DNA from: Eledone cirrhosa | Taxonomy: Eukaryota | DNA length: 64,000 nucleotides | Assembly: GCA_964016885.1 (NCBI GenBank) | Contig: OZ024740.1 | Coordinates: forward strand, 430,094,001-430,158,000 | Direction of reading: 5' to 3' | Shown: positions 53,880 to 64,000 of the stretch, in pieces | Position numbering within the stretch: the stretch's first letter is position 1 | Layout of the letters: every line of letters begins with the position of its first letter | Notes under the pieces: generated by a model | The model's database searches: none | Told to the model about the DNA's origin: nothing | What the model saw: the letters and a program-made list of their open reading frames with translations, nothing else | Position numbers and translations under genes: made by a program

Positions 53880-56800
53880 ACAGTAATGTCTACCACCAAA
53901 GTTACCTTGGTGTAGGTGGTGCCAGATACACAATAACATATGGAGGAGGTGAGACAGGAGTCTCTGACAGTAATGTCTACCACCAAAGTTACCTTGGTGT
54001 AGGTGGTCCCAGATACATAATAACATGTGGAGGAGTGATACAGGAGTTTCTGACAGTAATGTCTTCCAAAGTTACCTTGGTGTAGGTGGTGCCAGATACA
54101 CAATAACATGTGGAGGAGGTGAGACAGGAGTTTCTGACAGTAATGTCTACCACCAAACTTACCTTGGTGTAGGTGGTGCCAGATGTAGAATAACATGTGG
54201 AGGAGGTGAGACAGGAGTTTCTGACAGTAATGTCTACCACCAAAGTTACCTTGGTGTAGGTGGTGCCAGATACACAATAACATGTGGAGGAGGTGGGGCA
54301 GGAGTTTCTGACAGTAATGTCTACCACCAAAGTTACCTTGGTGTAGGTGGTGCCAGATACATAATAACATATGGAGGAGGTGAGACAGGAGTTTCTGACA
54401 GTAATGTCTACCACCAAAGTTACATTGGTGTAGGTGGTGCCAGATGTACAATAACATGTGGAGGAGGTGAGACAGGAGTTTCTGACAGTAATGTCTACCA
54501 CCAAAGTTACCTTGGTGTAGGTGGTGCCAGATACATAATAACATGTGGAGGAGGTGAGACAGGAGTTTCTGACAGTAATGTCTACCACCAAAGTTACCTT
54601 GGTGTAGGTGGTGCCAGATACATAATAACATGTGGAGGAGGTGAGACAGGAGTTTCTGACAGTAATGTCTACCACCAAAGTTACCTTGGTGTAGTTGGTG
54701 CCAGATGTACAACAACATGTGGAGGAGGTGAGACAGGAGTTTCTGACAGTAATGTCTACCACCAAAGTTTCCTTGGTGTAGGTGGTGCCAGATACACAAT
54801 AACATGTGGAGGAGGTGAGACAGGAGTTTCTGACAGTAATGTCTACCACCAAAGTTACCTTGGTGTAGGTGGTGCCAGATGTACAACAACATGTGGAGGA
54901 GGTGAGACAGGAGTTTCTGACAGTAATGTCTACCACCAAAGTTACCTTGGTGTAGGTGGTGCCAGATACACAATAACATGTGGAGGAGGTGAGACAGGAG
55001 TTTCTGACTGTAATGTCTACCACCAAAGTTTCCTTGGTGTAGGTGGTGCCAGATACACAATAACATGTGGCTGAGGTGAGACAGGAGTTTCTGACAGTAA
55101 TGTCTACCACCAAAGTTACCTTGGTGTAGGTGGTGCCAGATGTACAATAACATGTGGAGGAGGTGAGACAGAAGTTTCTGACAGTAATGTCTACCACCAA
55201 AGTTACCTTGGTTTAGGTGGTGCCAGATGTACAACAACATGTGGAGGAGGTGAGACAGGAGTTTCTGACAGTAATGTCTACCACCAAAGTTACCTTGGTG
55301 TAGGTGGTGCCAGATACATAATAACATGTGGAGGAGGTGAGACAGGAGTTTCTGACAGTAATGTCTACCACCAAAGTTACCTTGGTGTAGGTGGTGCCAG
55401 ATACATAATAGCATGTGGAGGAGGTGAGACAGGAGTTTCTGACAGTAATGTCTACCACCAAAGTTACCTTGGTTTAGGTGGTGCCAGATACTCAATAACA
55501 TGTGGAGGAGGTGAGACAGGAGTTTCTGACAATAATGTCTACCACCAAAGTTACCTTGGTGTAGGTGGTGCCAGATACACAATAACATGTGGAGGAGGTG
55601 AGACAGGAGTTTCTGACTGTAATGTCTACCACCAAAGTTTCCTTGGTGTAGGTGGTGCCAGATACACAATAACATGTGGCTGAGGTGAGACAGGAGTTTC
55701 TGACAGTAATGTCTACCACCAAAGTTACCTTGGTGTAGGTGGTGCCAGATACACAATAACATGTGGAGGGGGTGAGACAGGAGTTTCTGACAGTAATGTC
55801 TACCACCAAAGTTACCTTGGTGTAGGTGGTGCCAGATGTACAATAACATGTGGAGGAGGTGAGACAGGAGTTTCTGACAGTAATGTCTACCACCAAAGTC
55901 ACCTTGGTGTAGGTGGTGCCAGATACACAATAACATATGGAGGAGGTGAGACAGGAGTCTCTGACAGTAATGTCTACCACCAAAGTTACCTTGGTGTAGG
56001 TGGTGCCAGATACATAATAACATGTGGAGGAGGTGAGACAGGAGTTTCTGACTGTAATGTCTACCACCAAAGTTACCTTGGTGTAGGTGGTGCCAGATAC
56101 ACAATAACATGTGGAGGAGGTGAGACAGGAGTTTCTGACTGTAATGTCTACCACCAAAGTTACCTTGGTGTAGGTGGTGCCAGATACATAATAACATGTG
56201 GAGGAGGTGAGACAGGAGATTCTGACTGTAATATCTACCACCAAACTTACCTTGGTGTAGGTGGTGCCAGATACATAATAACATGTGGAGGAGGTGAGAC
56301 AGGAGTTTCTGACAGTAATGTCTTCCAAAGTTACCTTGGTGTAGGTGGTGCCAGATACACAATAACATGTGGAGGAGGTGAGACAGGAGTTTCTGACAGT
56401 AATGTCTACCACCAAAGTTACCTTGGTGTAGGTGGTGCCAGATACACAATAACATGTGGAGGAGGTGAGGCAGGAGTTTCTGACAGTAATGTCTACCACC
56501 AAAGTTACCTTGGTGTAGGTGGTGCCAGATACACAATAACATATGGAGGAGGTGAGACAGGAGTTTCTGACAGTAATGTCTACCACCAATGTTACCTTGG
56601 TGTAGGTGGTGCCAGATACATAATAACATATGGAGGAGGTGAGACAGGAGTTTCTGACAGTAATGTCTACCACCAAAGTTACCTTGGTGTAGGTGGTGCC
56701 AGATACATAATAACATGTGGAGGAGGTGAGACAGGAGTTTCTGACAGTAATGTCTACCACCAAAGTTACCTTGGTGTAGGTGGTGCCAGATGTAGAATAA

Positions 56801-59800
56801 CATGTGGAGGAGGTGAGACAGGATTTTCTGACAGTAATGTCTACCACCAAAGTTACCTTGGTGTAGGTGGTGCCAGAAACATAATAACATATGGGGGAGG
56901 TGAGACAGGAGTTTCTGACAGTAATGTCTACCACCAAAGTTACCTTGGTGTAGGTGGTGCCAGATGTACAACAACATGTGGAGGAGGTGAGACAGGAGTT
57001 TCTGACAGTAATGTCTACCACCAAAGTTACCTTGGTGTAGGTGGTGCCAGATACACAATAACATGTGGAGGAGGTGAGACAGGAGTTTCTGACTGTAATG
57101 TCTACCACCAAAGTTTCCTTGGTGTAGGTGGTGCCAGATACACAATAACATGTGGCTGAGGTGAGACAGGAGTTTCTGACAGTAATGTCTACCACCAAAG
57201 TTACCTTGGTGTAGGTGGTGCCAGATGTACAATAACATGTGGAGGAGGTGAGACAGAAGTTTCTGACAGTAATGTCTACCACCAAAGTTACCTTGGTTTA
57301 GGTGGTGCCAGATGTACAACAACATGTGGAGGAGGTGAGACAGGAGTTTCTGACAGTAATGTCTACCACCAAAGTTACCTTGGTGTAGGTGGTGCCAGAT
57401 ACATAATAACATGTGGAGGAGGTGAGACAGGAGTTTCTGACAGTAATGTCTACCACCAAAGTTACCTTGGTGTAGGTGGTGCCAGATACATAATAACATG
57501 TGGAGGAGGTGAGACAGGAGTTTCTGACAGTAATGTCTACCACCAAAGTTACCTTGGTTTAGGTGGTGCCAGATACTCAATAACATGTGGAGGAGGTGAG
57601 ACAGGAGTTTCTGACAGTAATGTCTACCACCAAAGTTACCTTGGTGTAGGTGGTGCCAGATACACAATAACATGTGGAGGAGGTGAGACAGGAGTTTCTG
57701 ACTGTAATGTCTACCACCAAAGTTTCCTTGGTGTAGGTGGTGCCAGATACACAATAACATGTGGCTGAGGTGAGACAGGAGTTTCTGACAGTAATGTCTA
57801 CCACCAAAGTTACCTTGGTGTAGGTGGTGCCAGATACACAATAACATGTGGAGGGGGTGAGACAGGAGTTTCTGACAGTAATGTCTACCACCAAAGTTAC
57901 CTTGGTGTAGGTGGTGCCAGATGTACAATAACATGTGGAGGAGGTGAGACAGGAGTTTCTGACAGTAATGTCTACCACCAAAGTCACCTTGGTGTAGGTG
58001 GTGCCAGATACACAATAACATATGGAGGAGGTGAGACAGGAGTCTCTGACAGTAATGTCTACCACCAAAGTTACCTTGGTGTAGGTGGTGCCAGATACAT
58101 AATATCATGTGGAGGAGGTGAGACAGGAGTTTCTGACTGTAATGTCTACCACCAAAGTTACCTTGGTGTAGGTGGTGCCAGATACACAATAACATGTGGA
58201 GGAGGTGAGACAGGAGTTTCTGACTGTAATGTCTACCACCAAAGTTACCTTGGTGTAGGTGGTGCCAGATGCATAATAACATGTGGAGGAGGTGAGACAG
58301 GAGATTCTGACTGTAATATCTACCACCAAACTTACCTTGGTGTAGGTGGTGCCAGATACATAATAACATGTGGAGGAGGTGAGACAGGAGTTTCTGACAG
58401 TAATGTCTTCCAAAGTTACCTTGGTGTAGGTGGTGCCAGATACACAATAACATGTGGAGGAGGTGAGACAGGAGTTTCTGACAGTAATGTCTACCACCAA
58501 AGTTACCTTGGTGTAGGTGGTGCCAGATACACAATAACATGTGGAGGAGGTGAGGCAGGAGTTTCTGACAGTAATGTCTACCACCAAAGTTACCTTGGTG
58601 TAGGTGGTGCCAGATACATAATAACATGTGGAGGAGGTGAGACAGGAGTTTCTGACAGTAATGTCTACCACCAAAGTTACCTTGGTGTAGGTGGTGCCAG
58701 ATACATAATAACATGTGGAGGAGGTGAGACAGGAGTTTCTGACAGTAATGTCTACCACCAAAGTTACCTTGGTGTAGGTGGTGCCAGATACATAATAACA
58801 TGTGGAGGAGGTGAGACAGGAGTTTCTGACAGTAATGTCTACCACCAAAGTTACCTTGGTGTAGGTGGTGCCAGATGTAGAATAACATGTGGAGGAGGTG
58901 AGACAGGATTTTCTGACAGTAATGTCTACCACCAAAGTTACCTTGGTGTAGGTGGTGCCAGAAACATAATAACATATGGGGGAGGTGAGACAGGAGTTTC
59001 TGACAGTAATGTCTACCACCAAAGTTACCTTGGTGTAGGTGGTGCCAGATACATAATAACATATGGAGGAGGTGAGACAGCAGTTTCTGACAGTAATGTC
59101 TACCACCAAAGTTACCTTGGTGTAGGTGGTGCCAGATACATAATAACATCTGGAGAAGGTGAGACAGGAGTTTCTGACAGTAATGTCTACCACCAAAGTT
59201 ACATTGATGTAGGTGGTGCCAGATACACAATAACATGTGGAGGAGGTGAGACAGGAGTTTCTGACAGTAATGTCTACCACCAAAGTTACCTTGGTGTAGG
59301 TGGTGCCAGAAACATAATAACATGTGTAGGAGGTGAGACGGGAGTTTCTGACAGTAATGTCTACCACCAAAGTTACCTTGGTGTAGGTGGTGCCAGATAC
59401 ATAATAACATGTGGAGGAGGTGAGACAGGAGTTTCTGACGGTAATGTCTACCACCAAAGTTACATTGGTGTAGATGGTGCCAGATGTACAATATCATGTG
59501 GAGGAGGTGAGACAGGAGTTTCTGACAGTAATGTCTACCACCAAAGTTACCTTGGTGTAGGTGGTGCCAGATACATAATGACATGTGGAGGAGGTGAGAC
59601 AGGAGTTTCTGACAGTAATGTCTACCACCAAAGTTACCTTGGTGTAGGTGGTGCCAGATACATAATGACATGTGGAGGAGGTGAGACAGGAGTTTCTGAC
59701 AGTAATGTCTACCACCAAAGTTACCTTGGTGTAGTTGGTGCCAGATACATAATAACATGTGGAGGAGGTGAGACTTGAGTTTCTGACAGTAATGTCTACC

Positions 59801-61960
59801 ACCAAAGTTACCTTGGTGTAGGTGGTGCCAGATGTACAATAACATGTGGAGAAGGTGAGACAGGAGTTTCTGACAGTAATGTCTACCACCAAAGTTACCT
59901 TGGTGTAGGTGGTGCCAGATGTAGAATAACATATGGAGGAGGTGAGACAGGAGTTTCTGACAGTAATGTCTACCACCAAAGTTACCTTGGTGTAGGTGGT
60001 GCCAGATGTACAATAACATGTGGAGGAGGTGAGACAGGATTTTCTGACAGTAATGTCTACCACCAAAGTTACCTTGGTGTAGGTGGTGCCAGATGTACAA
60101 TAACACGTGGAGGAGGTGAGACAGGAGTTTCTGACAGTAATGTCTACCCCCAAAGTTACCTTGGTGTAGGTGGTGCCAGATGTACAATAACATATGGAGG
60201 AGGTGAGACAGGAGTTTCTGACAGTAATGTCTTCCACCAAAGTTACCTTGGTGTAGGTGGTGCCAGATACACAATAACATGTGGAGGAGGTGAGACAGGA
60301 GTGTCTGACTGTAATGTGTACCACCAAAGTTACCTTGGTGTAGGTGGTGCCAGATGTACAACATGTGGAGGAGGTGAGACAGGAGTTTCTGACAGTAATG
60401 TCTACCACCAAACTTACCTTGGTGTAGGTGGTGCCAGATACATAATAACATATGGAGGAGGTGAGACAGGAGTTTCTGACAGTAATGTCTACCACCAAAG
60501 TTACCCTGGTGTAGGTGGTGCCAGATGTACAATAACACGTGGAGGAGGTGAGACAGGAGTTTCTGACAGTAATGTCTACCACCAAAGTTACCTTGGTGTA
60601 GGTAGTGCCAGATACATAATAACATATGGAGGAGGTGAGACAGGGGTTTCTGACAGTAATGTCTACCACCAAAGTTACCTTGGTGTAGGTGGTGCCAGAT
60701 ACATAATAACATATGGAGGAGGTGAGACAGGAGTTTCTGACAGTAATGTCTACCACCAAAGTTACCTTGGTGTAGGTGGTGCCAGATACATAATAACATG
60801 TGGAGGAGGTGAGACAGGAGTTTCTGACAGTAATGTCTACCACCAAAGTTACCTTGGTGTAGGTGGTGCCAGATGTACAACAACATGTGGAGGAGGTGAG
60901 ACAGGAGTTTCTGACAGTAATGTCTACCACCAAAGTTACCTTGGTGTAGGTAGTGCCAGATACATAATAACATGTGGAGGAGGTGAGACAGGAGTTTCTG
61001 ACTGTAATGTCTACCACCTAAGTTACCTTAGTGTAGGTGGTGCCAGATACACAATAACATGTGGAGGAGGTGAGACAGGAGTTTCTGACTGTAATGTCTA
61101 CCACCAAAGTTACCTTGGTGTAGGTGGTGCCAGATACATAATAACATGTGGAGGAGGTGAGACAGGAGTTTCTGACAGTAATGTCTTCCAAAGTTACCTT
61201 GGTGTAGGTGGTGCCAGATACACAATAACATGTGGAGGATGTGAGACAGGAGTTTCTGACAGTAATGTCTACCACCAAAATTACCTTGGTGTAGGTGGTG
61301 CCTGATGTACAATAACATGTGGAGGATATGAGACAGGAGTTTCTGACAGTAATGTCTACCACCAAAGTTACCTTGGTGTAGGTGGTGCCAGATACATAAT
61401 AACATGTGGAGGAGGTGAGACAGGAGTTTCTGACAGAAATGTCTACCACCAAAGTTACATTGGTGTAGGTGGTGCCAGATGTACAATAACATGTGGAGGA
61501 GGGGAGACAGGAGTTTCTGACAGTAATGTCTACCACCAAAGTTACCTTGGTGTAGTTGGTGCCAGATACATAATAACATGTGGAGGAGGTGAGACAGGAG
61601 TTTCTGACAGTAATGTCTACCACCAAAGTTACCTTGGTGTAGGTGGTGCCAGATGTACAATAACATGTGGAGGAGGTGAGACAGGAGTTTCTGACAGTAA
61701 TGTCTACCACCAAAGTTACCTTGGTGTAGGTGGTGCCAGATACATAATAACATGTGGAGGAGGTGAGACAGGAGTTTCTGACTGTAATGTCTACCACCTA
61801 AGTTACCTTAGTGTAGGTGGTGCCAGATACACAATAACATGTGGAGGAGGTGAGACAGGAGTTTCTGACTGTAATGTCTACCACCAAAGTTACCTTGGTG
61901 TAGGTGGTGCCAGATACATAATAACATGTGGAGGAGGTGAGACAGGAGTTTCTGACAGTA
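53880..61960. repeat. Copy 2 of the ~8.1 kb near-identical segmental duplication (offset 11111 bp = 128 monomers)
   Basis: 128x87 = 11136, less eight 3-bp deletions and one 1-bp deletion between homologous points, gives 11111. Only a handful of single-base differences were seen by eye. Confidence 0.92.
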
Positions 61961-64000
61961 ATGTCTACCACCAAAGTTACCTTGGTGTAGGTGGTGCCTG
62001 ATGTACAATAACATGTGGAGGATATGAGACAGGAGTTTCTGACAGTAATGTCTACCACCAAAGTTACCTTGGTGTAGGTGGTGCCAGATACATAATAACA
62101 TGTGGAGGAGGTGAGACAGGAGTTTCTGACAGAAATGTCTACCACCAAAGTTACATTGGTGTAGGTGGTGCCAGATGTACAATAACATGTGGAGGAGGGG
62201 AGACAGGAGTTTCTGACAGTAATGTCTACCACCAAAGTTACCTTGGTGTAGTTGGTGCCAGATACATAATAACATGTGGAGGAGGTGAGACAGGAGTTTC
62301 TGACAGTAATGTCTACCACCAAAGTTACCTTGGTGTAGGTGGTGCCAGATACATAATAACATGTGGAGGAGGTGAGACAGGAGTTTCTGACAGTAATGTC
62401 TACCACCAAAGTTACCTTGGTGTAGGTGGTGCCAGATGTACAATAACATGTGGAGAAGGTGAGACAGGAGTTTCTGACAGTAATGTCTACCACCAAAGTT
62501 ACCTTGGTGTAGGTGGTGCCAGATGTAGAATAACATATGGAGGAGGTGAGACAGGAGTTTCTGACAGTAATATCTACCACCAAAGTTACCTTCATGTAGG
62601 TGGTGCCAGATGTACAATAACATGTGGAGGAGGTGAGACAGGAGTTTCTGACAGTAATGTCTACCACCAAAGTTACCTTGGTGTAGGTGGTGCCAGATGT
62701 ACAATAACACGTGGAGGAGGTGAGACAGGAGTTTCTGACAGTAATGTCTACCACCAAAGTTACCTTGGTGTAGGTGGTGCCAGATGTACAATAACACGTG
62801 GAGGAGGTGAGACAGGAGTTTCTGACAGTAATGTCTTCCACCAAAGTTATCTTGGTGTAGGTGGTGCCAGATACACAATAACATGTGGAGGAGGTGAGAC
62901 AGGAGTTTCTGACAGTAATGTCTACCACCAAAGTTACCTTGGTGTAGGTGGTGCCAGATGTAGAATAACATATGGAGGAGGTGAGACAGGAGTTTCTGAC
63001 AGTAATGTCTACCACCAAAGTTACCTTGGTGTAGGTGGTGCCAGATGTACAATAACATGTGGAGGAGGTGAGACAGGATTTTCTGACAGTAATGTCTACC
63101 ACCAAAGTTACCTTGGTGTAGGTGGTGCCAGATGTACAATAACACGTGGAGGAGGTGAGACAGGAGTTTCTGACAGTAATGTCTACCCCCAAAGTTACCT
63201 TGGTGTAGGTGGTGCCAGATGTACAATAACATATGGAGGAGGTGAGACAGGAGTTTCTGACAGTAATGTCTTCCACCAAAGTTACCTTGGTGTAGGTGGT
63301 GCCAGATACACAATAACATGTGGAGGAGGTGAGACAGGAGTGTCTGACTGTAATGTGTACCACCAAAGTTACCTTGGTGTAGGTGGTGCCAGATGTACAA
63401 CATGTGGAGGAGGTGAGACAGGAGTTTCTGACAGTAATGTCTACCACCAAACTTACCTTGGTGTAGGTGGTGCCAGATACATAATAACATATGGAGGAGG
63501 TGAGACAGGAGTTTCTGACAGTAATGTCTACCACCAAAGTTACCCTGGTGTAGGTGGTGCCAGATGTACAATAACACGTGGAGGAGGTGAGACAGGAGTT
63601 TCTGACAGTAATGTCTACCACCAAAGTTACCTTGGTGTAGGTAGTGCCAGATACATAATAACATATGGAGGAGGTGAGACAGGGGTTTCTGACAGTAATG
63701 TCTACCACCAAAGTTACCTTGGTGTAGGTGGTGCCAGATACATAATAACATATGGAGGAGGTGAGACAGGAGTTTCTGACAGTAATGTCTACCACCAAAG
63801 TTACCTTGGTGTAGGTGGTGCCAGATACATAATAACATGTGGAGGAGGTGAGACAGGAGTTTCTGACAGTAATGTCTACCACCAAAGTTACCTTGGTGTA
63901 GGTGGTGCCAGATGTACAACAACATGTGGAGGAGGTGAGACAGGAGTTTCTGACAGTAATGTCTACCACCAAAGTTACCTTGGTGTAGGTAGTGCCAGAT

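Larger units (their letters stand above)
1..64000. repeat. Tandem satellite/macro-minisatellite array, 87-bp monomer, about 735 copies, open at both window ends
   Basis: Positions 1-87 recur at 88, 175, 262 and so on to the window end. Monomers usually differ from consensus at only a few sites, mostly monomer positions 73-85, 20 and 27. No unique spacer or unrelated sequence was seen. Confidence 0.99.

Noticed and set aside
42925-54036. The striking offset value 11111 bp (128 monomers)
   Set aside because: It is fully explained as 128x87 minus 25 bp of small deletions. The number itself is a coincidence and there is no evidence of successive doubling.
3950-63972. Giant minus-strand ORFs encoding (VVDITVRNSCLTSSTCYCVSGTTYTKVTL)n
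   Set aside because: Expected from a stop-free frame of a 29-codon monomer. Common variants hit second codon positions, amplified stop alleles are frequent (for example 37460, 37949, 44102, 49907), and there is no unique N- or C-terminal domain.
1-64000. CRISPR array (regular repeats with an internal palindrome)
   Set aside because: There are no unique spacers: the entire 87 bp is repeated. No cas genes or leader sequence are present.

Overview
The whole 64 kb window is one head-to-tail tandem array of an 87-bp monomer (about 735 copies), running off both ends. The consensus (positions 1-87) is GAGGAGGTGAGACAGGAGTTTCTGACAGTAATGTCTACCACCAAAGTTACCTTGGTGTAGGTGGTGCCAGATACACAATAACATGTG, 46% GC with no CpG. 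It reads as a eukaryotic satellite or very large minisatellite; I do not recognise the family or the organism. I see no conventional gene, RNA gene, transposon or CRISPR array. The giant ORFs in the track arise because 87 bp is 29 codons and three of the six frames are stop-free in the consensus. Structure beyond plain repetition: (1) one inverted monomer at 15376-15464 forming a perfect 86-bp-arm fold-back; (2) nested higher-order duplications (9-, 17-, 20-, 21-, 24-, 26-, 32- and 128-monomer offsets); (3) an internal quasi-palindrome where rare indels and symmetry-improving mutations cluster; (4) regionally layered monomer variants; (5) a possible synonymous bias in the minus-strand His/Leu-rich frame, which is a hypothesis needing a formal test. 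I cannot support a novel multi-gene system from this sequence.
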